NCBI RefSeq assembly: GCF_964204645.1
Contig: NC_134025.1
Coordinates: forward strand, 28,810,299-28,874,298
DNA length: 64,000 nucleotides
DNA from: Tubulanus polymorphus
Lineage: Eukaryota > Animalia > Nemertea
Reading direction: 5' to 3'
In this document: positions 13,001 through 27,294 of the stretch, in pieces
Layout: each line of letters opens with the position of its first letter
Position numbering within the stretch: the stretch's first letter is position 1
Notes under the pieces: model-generated
What the model was told of the DNA's origin: nothing
Seen by the model: the letters and a program-made list of their open reading frames with translations, nothing else
Database searches by the model: none
Program-made: the position numbers and the translations under genes

Positions 13001-16000
13001 GATGAATATATTCATCCTGTACATCTAGATCGGAAATATAAACTTCCAGCATTTCCGCCGGCTGAAAAAAGTCGCAGTAACTTACCGGTCCCTGTTAATC
13101 ATTGGAAATATAAAGCGACCGATCGATCAGAGGAGATAGTTCATAGAGCTTCAACAAGAGTAAGTGATGAATGGTTCTTCATGCAGAATTCGCTGAACAG
13201 TGGAAAAATTCATCTCTTCATTTCAGATTCCTTGTTCATTATGTAGAAATGTAATCCATGGTTATGACAAAGTAGTGTTAGTTCAGTTTTTTCAGTTCAT
13301 TTCTATAGTTGCAATGGTTTATTCAAAGTGTCTAAAATTGTTGTTCTCCCGCAAGAAATTCTATTCATCATCTCGTAACAAAAATGTGTTAATTCTATGC
13401 GCTTTGTTTCAATGATAATATTTTTGTATCTATTCGTATAGGAGCAGTTAAACAGTGATTTCGATACGGAAAGAGCCGACCTCGAATTACGAATCAAAGA
13501 AGAAGCTTTAGCCGTTCATAAGAAAGAAATCGACAAACTAATCGACGAGCATAAACGAGAGAAAAAACAAATCGAACAGAAAAATGCCGAAGATCGCGCC
13601 AATCTCATACAACGGTACGTACGTATATACGAACAGATGACGTGTTGTTTAATTATCGAAAACAGCTCGGGTGTTAATGGTTCGTTAAATGAATGTAACC
13701 GATTTTATAAACTGCGAAAAGAGTTGAACGCGGTTTATTATGAAGAGAATATCGATCGAGTAAAATATATGGTTAACGACGACGACGACACAGCAGTGTG
13801 CACAGACTACTGAGGAGAAAACATCTGTCGTATTAGAATATATTGTGATATCGTATGCTCGACACGCTTAGTCGTGATTAGTAAGTCATCATGGATTTTT
13901 TCAAAAAGAAGTTCGGTAAAGGGACCGACGATGAGAAGAAGTCGGCCCCGCAAGATACGTCAAGGTAGGGTTCGACTTCAGCGAAGTTTTAACCTTAGAT
14001 CGGTTAGTTAAATCTCGCATTCTATTGAAGATGGTCGACAAGGTAGTATTTCATAATGATAGGAAGGATATGTGCCTTGTGTATGTGTATACCATGAATG
14101 ATGAGGTGTATAACGTATTTGTTATCAAATGTTAAAGACACTACTCTATAAAACAAAATGAGGAGTAGGTTTTATTTTCAATCTTTCTCGTTTTCAGTCT
14201 ACGAAAGGAAAATGATGAGGAGATTGAAGCTAGAATTGCGGAGATAAAGGAAGCGATCGAAAAGCAGAAACTGAACGAGTCGGATGCTAGAAGCGGGCAG
14301 ATAGCCGATTTAGAATTACAGATGAAGTTACAACAGGAAGAAATGAGTTTACAATTCAGTAAAGAAATGGCCTCGATGAGAGATCGATTCAATGAGGAAA
14401 AAGCGCGTATGCAAGAACTTCACAGAATCGAAGTTAACGAATATGAAAACATGTTCGTTAAGGTGAAAAATATCTTCAAATCGCTTGAACTGAAAGTGCT
14501 CAGAATTAGTAAGTGAAGCCTGTATCAGTAATCGAACTGTGTTGTTTTTTAAGGGCGAGGAGTCGTTAAGAGGCAAATTAAGGGACGATTTCCATTCGTT
14601 GGTCGACAAATCAATAGTTTATAAGATCGCTGCCGAGCGAGATCGATTATTGGAAGAGTTTCAAAAAGAGAAAGCTGAGCTTCAGGAGCAAAATCAGTTA
14701 GAACAGGCTCAGTTATGTAAGTGTATTAGATATAGGTTTTTTATATGGCAATAATGTTTCAACCTATAAATCTCTCTGCAAAATGCATGCGCATTATGTT
14801 TATAAAATAGACGAATAATTGTAGAATTGTGCCCACCCTTGGTACTACAGTGTGAGATATTGAGTCATACACAACGCAACATCTGTTGTAAATCGAGCAG
14901 CATTATTTGTTCGGTTACAGCTGCTACTATGAATACCAGGGTTCATGTAATTTCTAACGGCTTGTAATTTTTACTAAGAATGAATTGTTGACATGCGTCA
15001 CAACTCGCATTTATTTCATTATATTTTCTGATATTTAGGTCAAGCATATACACAAGAAAAGCTAGAACTTGAGGCTCAATTAAAGGCTAAAAATCAAGAT
15101 ATGGATAGTAAACTCAGACAAGTGGAGGCAGAGACAAGGGAGCATTTAGAGGTATGTAAATGTACTGATGTTTTGAAAATGGTTCTTTTGAATTTTTTAT
15201 TGATAATTCTATTTGTGTATTTGAAGGATGAATTCAGTCAACGAATTAGAGACATGAAACAAGCATTCAGAGGTGAAATGCAGGAACTAGAAGACAGCAA
15301 ACGTGCAATGGAAGCCGAAAATGAAGATCTAAGACTGACGAACATGCAGAATTCTGATTACATTCGTAGAGTCGATGAACTGAAAAAGAGAAACGACGAA
15401 TTGAATACTAAATTAGCAAAGCTCGAAGCAGAGAAACGATTGGTGAGTCAGTCAGGCCGACCGTGATATTGTTCTTAAAGTGTATTATCTAGATTTTGAC
15501 ACAGCACATGATTATTTATCAAAGGCTGATGATATGGTTCAAGAATTACACGTCGCGAAAGAAGAAGCGATAGTAGCGAGTGAAGCTCATAAAGCAATGG
15601 CTTACGAGGATATGACGAAAAAAGAATTGGTTCGTATCATTGACATTTGAACATTTTGTCTTCAGTCTGTGAGACATAACGAAGTAAAAATTGTTTGTTT
15701 TATTCATGAAGGAGGTCGGGGAACGTTTGAACCGAGAAAAAGAATACAATGATTCATTGAAGGTAAATATAAACAATTATTTTTCGTGAAATATGTTATG
15801 AAGCTGTAAGCTTTGAGTTGAAATACTGTATATTTCATAATGTAGGCATCGAATGAACGAATCATGAAAGAGAAAAAAGACGTGGAACGAGAATTGAACG
15901 AAATGAAAAAGAAAGTCGACGACCACAGATATTCAGTTGATAAAAAGAATGTCGAGGTTTCCAGTTTACAGGTAGATTATTCAATGTCTGTTTCACTGAT

Positions 16001-19000
16001 CTCGGGGTCTAGATTCTCCATGCATGAAATTTATGAATTGATTGTTTTTGATGGTGTGAATGATTTATTTGAGCATGGCTGTAGAACTGGACCTATAAGA
16101 TCAGCGTTTATATGTTGTAGTGTCTTGTTGTAGTTTAGCTTTTAGAGTAGTTAATTTCTCTCGTAGTTAGATATAGTTTCTAGTTTTCTAGTTCTGTTAG
16201 TTGTTAATGCGGTGTCTTACTTCATGTTTGTCGTTATTTTGAAAGGACACGAATCGAAAACTCGCGACCGCAATTGAGGATATGACCAAACAGATGGATA
16301 GTAAAATCCATGAATGCCAAGATGCATTAGTTTACAAATCTAGATTGCAGGTATTGTTGGCTCTGGGGCAATTATCACCGCGACTAAGGCTTCATGCATC
16401 ACTGGACTTACATGGCATTAACATGTTCATCTGAAAATAGGTTCAAATATCTGCTTGGGTAACGGTATTGGTCATTTGTTTCTATTATCCATGTATGGTT
16501 TTTGCTTGAGGATGGTTTCTTGTCAGCACTTTCAGCGAGGTCCATTCTTTCAGGTTATTTGCAAATGTTCGATGTCTCAGTCTGCATTTTTTATCGCCTT
16601 AAAGAATACATTATATGTGGATTAGTTGTAATGTAGAATTGAAACTGAGATCGTTTTTCAAAATTTTCTAACGTTTAGGAGAAATATGATAAATTAGTGA
16701 AAGATCATGAAGATCTGAAATGGCAGTACGATCTGAGATTGAAAGATATCGCAGAGAAATGTCACGAGGTTGATGACATGAAGGTAACTGAACAGTTTGA
16801 TTTCATGGTGAAGGTTTCCATTTCTATTCATTTTACGTCATTATAACTGGACCAGTCATAGGTTCAACTCTGGTTTAAGGATGACTTAGGTTTTCGGATT
16901 TAGAGGCGTTCAGATTGTTATTTTCGAGGTCAAGAGGTCGTTTATAAGTCAACGTTGACGATAGGATTTCCGTCCACATATTTATCTAATCGCGTTTTGA
17001 GTAAAACGTAAATTAGTTTGAAATAATTTGGCGTCAATTTCATCGACAGCACGAGAATGATATATTACTGCAGAAGAAAGAGGATCTAGAAACAGCTATG
17101 ATGGAGATTGAAGATTCGTTGAACACTAGAGACACCGAGCTTTCACATTTACAGGTGATTTTAAACTCTCATCCTATTTTCTGGCTACCTCGGTATTCAC
17201 TACTCTTAAGGACTATGGCTGATGTCAGGAGTTGTTGAATTAGTTCATATTTATATCAACAGCGTAGTTAAGTCATTTTTCTATCACTTCCCCATGATAT
17301 TTTGCTGGTTTATTTTCTAAAGTTTAGACTATCCTTTTGATCCCTTATGTACTTTTTCTTTATTTCAATTATGTTGTGTAAATGTGTTCATATTTAGTTG
17401 TAATGTATGGTTTGCTTTTCTTTATTTATTCCTGTGACTGGGTTATTTTGTTTTATTTCCAAGTATTCGCTGTAGAACTGGCTGTAATTGATTTTATTTC
17501 TTGATCCTTATTCCTGCACCCTCCCTCCTCCTTCAGTTGTCGATCAACGTACCTTACCGATTTATATATTCTATATCCTTGACTGCGTCTTCGATTTATA
17601 CAATTCATTTTGATACCTGTCGAAAATTGAGGTCAGTTTACGTAGAATTTAATTTGTAGAAAAACAATGTTCAACTCACTGAAGTAGTTGACCACTCCAA
17701 TTTCACATTGGGGGAAAAAATGGATCAGTTGCAGGAAAAAATAAAAGAATTGCAGACCACTAAGGTAAATGAAACTGCACTACTAGATGTTCTGAGATTA
17801 TCTTAAGTTAGGTCAGATTGTTTTTGGGGTCTATTTTGAAGACATGCCAGTATTGATTCCTCTTCTTTACGTATATAGGATATGAACGAAAAGGGAAATC
17901 GTTTAAAATCCGAACTAAATCATCGAAACAAATTATTAGAACAGGAAAGAGATGAACTAGAAAAAGATATAACTGCATTAAAGGTAAAGCTCATTGCTAC
18001 TGCTGCAGTTATTCGGTTCATCTGACAGACGGTTTGCATGCTTTTCAGAAATTCGGGTTATTCATCAATCTGTGAGGGGTTCGCCTGGTGTGGTGATTTT
18101 GTTTTTCCAGTCTCTGTGCAGTCTTAAGTGCGGTTGATGGTATTTTTTTCGTACAGTATTTTCTCTTAATTCTTGTCTTTCGAATCTTAAAGGCTATTTG
18201 ATTGAAGGTTTTATACGTATATATTTTCTTCAGCGTTCTAACTACCTGCACCGAGGATCGAAGGGAGTACGTTTTTATTTACTCTATCATTATTGTAATG
18301 GTTTTGAAGGAACTTGTGGTTTTTATAGTGAAGTAGATATTTTTCGTGTCGGTGAATGAATATTTATACTGAATGATCAGATTTCATAAATGACTAAATC
18401 ATATATTCAATGCATGAAGTGATACTGATAGTTGAGGTAGTTTGTAGTGTGAAATTTGTAGTTCCTGGACCCCAGATATGATGAAGTATATTTAGGGTTT
18501 AATGAGTAGAATAGTTGAGATAAATGATTTATGATTGAAGTGGGATTTTAGAGGAGTTTAGAGAGATTTTAGTAATGATATATAATAATCACTGCTGTTA
18601 TACTAGGTTGAAAGAGATCAGCTTCAAGATGAAAAAAAGGGACTGGAAGGTTTAGTAGAGGATCTAGATAGACAACTGCGTGAAACAAAATCACATGTTG
18701 ATCGACTTCAGGTAAAATTTGTGATTTGTTTCATGATGTTTGAGGTGGAAACCTACGTAATAACAGTTAGAGGTTGAATGACTGGTGGTGGTTGTGAAAT
18801 GGTTTAATGTTTTGTGTTGTGGATTTAACTTATCGTTTCATTGCACTAACAATAACTAACAAACCTCAACTAGAATACGAGTGTCGTTGAATTTAATTAG
18901 TTTTCGATGTCTTATTCCTTTGATAAGAATGATTGCTACACTGCTAACAGTGCTGCTGACGATCTGGAAACAAAAGCTCAAAATCTTGTACGGAACATTA

Positions 19001-22000
19001 CCGAGCTTCAGGTATCATATTTTAGTATAACAAATGCTTTAAATACTGACTGCATAAATACATATAATTCAGTTCTCTTAAACTATGTACAATTCGCTTC
19101 TTCTATCATAGTTTGTTTTACTATTTACTTCTTTGTGTAACACATATAAGACACAAAGATTTGGAATTATTTTTCTTCACATTGAGGCATATGATTTGTA
19201 AAGAGGTTTTCCGTTTTGTCTGTTAATGGTGGTTGGTAGTTTTAAATTTTCCTCTCGTTTTATTCGAACTTAGGTGCAGGTTATATGAATTATGATCTTT
19301 AAAATTGAGGAATTCAGCTCTTGTCTATACCGGGGGTATGTATTATAATAGAATATTTGCATTTTTTTAGAACGAGAAAAAGGCTCTCAGTGATGAAAAT
19401 AAAGCTCTGAATGATGATAAAAAAATGCTTCAAGACAATATGAAAGATAGCAGAAGTGATGCACGACATTTCTCCGTTCAACTTGATGAGATCAAGGTAA
19501 AGATTCAATCATATTTGATTCAAACTGAAATTGGCATTTCTGAATGAATCGAATGGTATCTATTATATTTAGTTAAAGAATGACAGCTTGGAGAAAGAAA
19601 ACCTACAACTTCGCAAAGATATGGACAGCACTGCTAAACAGGCTAATACAATGAAGGTATAGTCATTATTACATGATTTGGTCAGTTATCATCTGAATTG
19701 GTAGTAAGATCATTTTCACATAATTCAGGCTGCCAATGAGAAATTGACCGAAGCCGTTGACAGATCTGTGCGGAATTTGGAGAAAGAAATGATCGAAAGT
19801 AAAGCAGTAGCGGAAATTGCTGAGAAATACAGAGCAGAGTTGGCAGCGATCAAACGGCAGAAAGACGACTCGGAGCATAATCTAAAATCTACTCAGGAGA
19901 AAACATTGAAAGATATTGAACGTCTTGAACAGAGAAATCAGAAACTTGAGGTATGTTTGATAATAAGAGCTTATCTTATTATATAGTGTGAAATGAAGAA
20001 AAGATCCTTATAAAAATGTTTCTAAATATTTCTATAGGAAATGAATAAAGATATGAAAAGGGAGAAAAATGAATTGACGCAAACGATACATGAACTAGAA
20101 TCAAGGATGCGTCAACTGAATTCTGTGCAGAGGGATTGTAATGACGTTAAGGTATAGATTTTTTCTACACCCAGTTTCAGGACAATCTTTCATTTTCAAA
20201 CACGTGATTATTGTGATGTTGATATTATCTATGATTTTGTTACAGACGAAGTTAGACAGCACTCAACAAGAGAATGGTCATTTGAAACAACAGCTTCAGA
20301 ATGCCAATGATAAGGTAAATACCGATTTTTATCCGCATGATTCTACGGATAAAATGTAACACTAACGAAAAATATAAAGTTTCTCATGGGCTTCTCTTTT
20401 TGAATTTTCTAAACAGATCGCCGAATTCATTGCCGAAGTTGCAATGTTTGATATTGAAAAAGTTCAGATAGATCCTCGATATGAAACCTCTCTAACCATA
20501 CCCCCTAAACGTAACTCGATTAAACAGTCGTCTCATTCTAATCATTTTACCGATCGAAATCGTGTGTTTGTAGTTAATAAGAACATCATAACGTCTAACA
20601 ATCTCAACGGTAGCAGTCGCAATTTTTACACCCCCGAAGTGTTAACAATCATTACTAACAGTTCTATCTCAATAACCACAACTGTATCTACTACAACTAA
20701 AATATACAACATGGATCTGATTCGCGATCCTATGGTATTTCCCGAATTACGTTCTGTTCTGATGGAACAGGAAAAAAAGAACCAAATCGGTTGCACGTGT
20801 TGTAACTGCGGGAATGAAACCGTCACTATTCAGACGTCAGTTCCAGTTTACTGGAAGAGTACGGTTTATTCTTCAGCCTCGAATGAGAATCGATTGAATC
20901 AACGAACTGCTCATATGAATCAATCACGCACTAGTACAGCGAATCGGTGTACTTGTTGTACATGTGGAAGCATTTCAGTTCCAGTTCCTCCTAATTCGCA
21001 TAAACTACGCTGGTAGAATTCACTTCAATAACATTTCTCATAAACTGCATTTAATTTTAACTCAAAAACCTATCGATAACATAGGAAATCTTTTAACTGA
21101 TTATGATGATATACAGACAACTGTTGATCTAGTAAAGATTGAAACATCTTTAACAATGAATAATACACTAGTGAATTATGAAAGTAACACAACATTAAAA
21201 TATGTAATTTATTCTAAATATAATTTTTTGATTCATACTTTTCAAATCTGAGGAATGATCTAACTGATGCACCATATGATGGTGTGAGTTTGAGAAATGC
21301 ATAGAGGTTGAATTGATTTTTCAAATTTAAAAAAGAAACATTATTATTTTGTTGTGTTACTGTTTTTTGATTTTGTTAACATTATTGTGATCTAACACAA
21401 TGAATGGTCACTGTTTTATTAACCTGTAGCTGGCAGAGTTGGCAACGAATCTGTCATTGGTCGATTCTGAACACACCCGCCACATTCAAGACATGACCGA
21501 CAAACAAAAACATATGGTTGATATGAACAAGTTCAATGACGTCAATATGAAAATGGTTGAACAAGAAAGACGCATAATGGAACTGGAAAATATGATTCAA
21601 ATACGATGTGCTGAATACAATAAATTATTGATTGGTATGTATTGCGCTATGTTCGCTGTTTACTGTTTGCGTATTTTCATAATTGATAAAGGTGTAATTT
21701 ATCGGTTGATGTATATTCAACAGAGGCGCAGCAGGATTTCAACCAGTCGTTAAAACAAACCGATGAAGATAAACAAGATGCCAATAAAAAACTGAATATC
21801 GCAAACTCTCTCCTCAAAGAAACTGTAAACAAGTTGAAAAAACAGGTACTTTGCATTATCTTTTATCTACTACTTGCATACCTTTTATCCAGCTAAAACC
21901 TAATCCTAAATGAATGTACATGTACTTAAATATTTATAGTTGGAGCGATGCACGAAATCAGATCTTCTCGTTCAAGAGCTTTATAAAGAGAACGCGTCTC

Positions 22001-22131
22001 TGATGAAAGCGTTACAAGTGACTGAAGAACGACAGAAAATCGCCGAATCTCGCTGCTACAATTTAGAAGACAAATGCAAAGCTTTACATAAAGTTGTAGC
22101 TAAAATTACACATGCTGCTTTAGAACCGTGA
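1091..22131 (+). CDS. NINL: Ninein / ninein-like (Bsg25D-type) centrosomal EF-hand and coiled-coil protein, multi-exon
   Basis: N-terminal EF-hands (LKELFQLSDTDGEGRLN; LFENLDVDGDGTVSFDEF), the ninein-family motif PKFFHEGKRYGRRSRP, many GT-AG-bounded coiled-coil exons, and a C-terminus KSDLLVQELYKENASLMKALQVTEERQK...KALHKVVAKITHAAL matching my recollection of the NINL C-terminus. Probably co-orthologous to NIN and NINL. Confidence 0.88.
3548..3560. promoter_or_regulatory. RFX X-box-like palindrome
   Basis: GTTGCATAGCAAC, one base shorter than the canonical GTTGCCATAGCAAC, ending 36 nt upstream of an intronic gccATGG. Confidence 0.5.
3596..3997 (+). CDS. Putative alternative first coding exon of ninein (134 aa, basic and Ser/Pro-rich)
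   Basis: Strong Kozak context gccATGG, open frame MESKKSKDQG...TSNQ, and a CAG|GTATCA donor in phase 0 matching the phase-0 acceptor at 4706/4707 (NIGENKEK). Confidence 0.65.
6075..6294. mobile_element. Short MITE-like element in a ninein intron
   Basis: Ends CCAGAGCTGCCAA ... TTGGCAGTGCTGG are imperfect inverted repeats. Confidence 0.45.
9211..9321. mobile_element. ~110-bp MITE family, copy 1
   Basis: TTCCACAGTT ... AACTATGGAACTGGATCC ends; the internal TTAGTTAATTTTCAATGTTTTAACC is shared with the copy at 35153. Confidence 0.7.
11258..13159 (+). CDS. Putative giant alternative first exon of ninein (634 aa, disordered, with a 17-aa repeat)
   Basis: A 662-codon same-strand ORF inside an intron, with an in-frame TGA just upstream of the ATG. 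A perfect AGA|GTAAGT donor at 13159/13160 in phase 0 matches the phase-0 acceptor at 13441/13442 (EQLNSDFDTER). Confidence 0.7.
11921..12727 (+). repeat. Coding minisatellite, 51-bp unit, 15 full copies plus a partial copy
   Basis: Unit ACAGACTCATTGATAAAACCAGAAAATACACCACAAACTCGCTCCAGACCA encodes TDSLIKPENTPQTRSRP. Confidence 0.95.
13891..13964 (+). CDS. Putative short alternative first exon of ninein
   Basis: atcATGG start, MDFFKKKFGKGTDDEKKSAPQDTS, then an AG|GTAGGG donor in phase 2 matching the phase-2 acceptor at 14197/14198 (LRKENDEEIE). Confidence 0.55.
20417..21016 (+). CDS. Putative alternative terminal exon of ninein with two CxCCxCG motifs
   Basis: Acceptor TTTTCTAAACAG at 20416 is in phase 0 with the donor after ...NANDK. 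The frame stays open for 199 codons to TAG and contains CTCCNCG and CTCCTCG. Confidence 0.6.
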   Translation: MAEFIAEVAMFDIEKVQIDPRYETSLTIPPKRNSIKQSSHSNHFTDRNRVFVVNKNIITSNNLNGSSRNFYTPEVLTIITNSSISITTTVSTTTKIYNMDLIRDPMVFPELRSVLMEQEKKNQIGCTCCNCGNETVTIQTSVPVYWKSTVYSSASNENRLNQRTAHMNQSRTSTANRCTCCTCGSISVPVPPNSHKLRW

Positions 22132-23220
22132 CGCTAGTACACACCCAATGGGTCCTCAATTGAATATCAGTTTCACCGAGCCATTTTATATGCAATATAT
22201 TGATAATACGTTTTATTTACTACTGATAAATTCCAGTTTTCTAGTCTTCTATAAATATGGCATGCAAGTTGGTGCTATCTTATCTAAATCAAAAGCAATT
22301 TATTTGGTATGTTTTTTTTAACGAGGAATATATGTTTGGTCTTCCTTATAATTAAATGGACCAGTTATTCATCATCCCTTAAAGAATTTTCGAAAGTTAA
22401 GATGCTTAGTCGACTTCTGTTAATTTCGATTTGGAAAAGTATATCTGTTATAAGATGTTCTGAGTGCTTGTACAGGCTGGCATGGAGGCTACGCTTATTT
22501 TTAAAATCGATTCTGTTCCAAAACTTTTCGTCTTAGTACATGCACATTTTCAAGAAGTGGGCTAAGTTTCAGTTACATGTAAATAGTATAAGTTTAAATA
22601 CTGCTGTGAAGAGTTTGATATTATCAGATTAGTTACGATAGTTGTGTTATGTTTGTCAGTATGATTTTTATCCTGTGCCACATTCCGATAAAGTTTGGCT
22701 AAAAACAAAGTTTGTTCTTCGAATATTCCGATAATATTACATAGATTTATCATCTTTATCATGTACGTTTATATTTATACATAGGCATATATCCCTGTTT
22801 TTCTGTAATAAAATATTTTCAAACAAGCTATAGCTTTGTTTTCAGTTTTTGTTTGACTGTATTTATATTCTGAATTTTGGGACACCCGAATTTATCAACT
22901 AAGGTTAAATCACTTTATTAAAAAGTATTGAAAGGTACCCGGCGCTAGCCCGCCCGGTCGTTATAGATTTTATCTTTGCCGACTGGTGCTGCTACCTTGC
23001 TAATCGTTGTGCCGCGGGTGGCAGCACTGTACAGTCCTCTAGTGGCATTTCTGTAAACTAACGCAAATAGCAAACCAATAATGGGTAGCTCCGAGAATAT
23101 CCAAATCAGTTAGCAGTTGAAAATGAAGGTCGTTGGACAATGAAGCCCTAATCCTAATGCTGCTTCACTTTCAAACAGTTTAGAATCAACAGTTTAGACT
23201 TATAAATACGAATCTCCGAA

Positions 23221-24905
<1,685 letters not shown>

Positions 24906-25569
24906 AAATCTGGCTTTAAAACTATTTGTATAGTTGGATTCTTTTAAACGATGGGTGCATGCAATAAATTGATCTGTGCATATTTATTCATTGTGTGTGT
25001 GCGAGTTTAATTTTGCTTCGTTTACACTGGATGTAAGTTTCAACTGTCTGAGGAACACTCAAATACAAATACATGTAAAACATATCCTGATTCAAGCAGC
25101 TTTGACTGAGAAAATCAATGTTTTCCAGGCTAAAGCAAACTTTATGTGCTTTGAATATACATGTATCACTGCTTTGAAATCCTGAATTTTGGAAGATGAA
25201 TTTCTTAATTTGTCAAATAAGAAAAAAATTTCCTTTATTAGATACTGATACGCGCCCGGGGCGCCGGCCCGCTTGGACATTTGCTGGAGCTTGTAGACTG
25301 GTTGCCGGTCTCTATCTCTAGCTGGGTGAACTTCGGTTATTGGAGTAAGTCGTCTATAGTCGAACTAAATGATACTGTATATCAGTTAAGGCGAATTTAT
25401 CGAAACGTACTCAGTTCTGAGTACCCCAACTGCGCATTTATCGACAAATGTACTCGTTTTCGAGTATGGTACTCGGCACATTTATCCAAGGTGTACTCAA
25501 ATTTAAGTACTATACTTGCCTTACCATGCTCAAGAGCATGGTAACCCTGAGTATACCCGGAAGAACAAA

Positions 25570-27187
25570 ATGGCGGCTAACAACGCAGACCATGTGAATT
25601 CGTATGAGTAAGTTCTAAAATTCAGTGGTTTTCTGCGTGAAAAAAAAATTATTAAGGCAACAGAAGAAAGTATTATCTTGTAGAAACGTTGATAGATAGC
25701 AAAGTACCTGTCTTAATCATCCAGGAGCTAGGTACAATGACTTTGAACATGGAAACTGTAATAATGAATTAGTCTGGGTTAATTCGCTCGTGCTGTTGGG
25801 GAGGCATAACTGAATATGAACAGTGAGTTTGGCAATATTTGGACCGTGAGAAGTCAAATCATATTGCCGCCACTGCTCAAAATCATTCCATTGATGCCTG
25901 ATTCCCTACATTTTTTGTACTTTTGCAGATTAAAATTGAATATAGATGGCGATATGGCTACATTTAGTTTGGACCACGAAACGTACATGAAGGCTATTGC
26001 CAGTGGTAGGTATCAACAAATTAAATACTTTTGGTTTAAATGAATCTAAGAAAAAACGTATTCTACATACTATTCATCAGTAAGCATTGTCAGTATTGGC
26101 ATGATTTGTCAGAGAAGTGTTTACTTACTTTGTTTTGAAAATTGTATTTTGGAGAAAAAGTTGTAGGCCCTATTCATTTTTAGGTATCATCATGTACTTG
26201 GCTTCACTTTTTGTTAATGGTCTTTTTCTAGATGTGAACGTGTTGCAGTCTTTACTGACAAGTTATAGAGAGCAATTGCCGACAGCTTCACGACGCCCTG
26301 CAGCCACAACCTCCGTGCAGCAGTCCTCGACTTCCGTGCAGCAGTCCTCGACCTCCCTACAGCAGTCCTCGACCACCTTGCAGCAGTCCTCGACCTCCCT
26401 ACAGCGGTCCTCGACCTCCTTGCAGCAGTCCTCGACCTCCCTACAGCAGTCCTCGCAGTCTGGTAAGTTGTAGCCTGAATTTAATGGTGTTATGTTAAAC
26501 ACCCAACCTTTTTCAGAAAATTCCTTGATTATAATATTACTGCTTTTTGATATTCCAGGCGATGATAGCTTCATGCCGCGGGCTGCAGTTCTAAAACTCA
26601 TCGATTTACATAAGGACTATGCTGAAAAATTCTCTGATCCAAAAATAAAAAAAGCCACTATATGGAAACAAATAGCTCATGATATGTTAGATGCAGGATT
26701 TGATTTCACGGCTGATCAGATAAAGAATAAATGGAATAACCTCATGAAGAAGTACCGAAAAACTGTCGACCATAACAACAAGACAGGTGTAGAACCAAAA
26801 ACATGTATATTCTATGATGAGTTGGATGCGTATCTCGGTTGTAAACCCAATGTCCGTCCAAACTTTGTTATCGCAAGCACCAATATGGAGTCATCTAGTA
26901 CCACCACGGATTCTGCCAGCAATGCCGAGATGGATGTTGACCCATTTGAACCAATTTCTTTTCCACCTGCTAAGAAACTACGAAAGTCCCGTGGTTCCAC
27001 TAGTGCAAAATCTGATACATTTATGGAGTTGATGGAAAAGCAAGAAGAGTCTCGTAAAGAGGACTCAGTAAAATTAATGGAAACTATTCAGGCCAATCAT
27101 AAAGAGATTATGACTTTGGAGAACGAGAAGTTAGAGGTGGAAAGGAAGAAGATATCTGTTTTTGAGAAACTACTCGAAAAAATTTGA
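25570..27187 (+). CDS. Harbinger Myb/SANT-like (trihelix) DNA-binding protein, 4 exons, about 322 aa
   Basis: Exons 25570-25601, 25929-26005, 26232-26462 and 26559-27187 join in frame. Domain LIDLHKDYAEKF...IWKQIAHDM...FTADQIKNKWNNLMKKYRK, followed by a C-terminal coiled coil. Confidence 0.88.
26310..26460 (+). repeat. 21-bp coding tandem repeat, about 7 copies (TSLQQSS)
   Basis: Repeated CCTCCCTACAGCAGTCCTCGA units in exon 3 of the Myb/SANT gene. Confidence 0.9.
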
Positions 27188-27294
27188 TTTCTATAATTAA
27201 GGCAGAGTTTTTAAAGCCACGCGATCGATTTCAGGGTCCAAAGCTCTTCATCAGATGACAAACATAAAGGCGACATGTAGTAAGTTTGTCACTT

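Noticed and set aside
27219-27260. Hammerhead-like CTGATGA..GAAA on the minus strand inside the Harbinger
   Set aside because: Stem II does not pair well; better explained as one arm of an imperfect inverted repeat with ~27401-27424.
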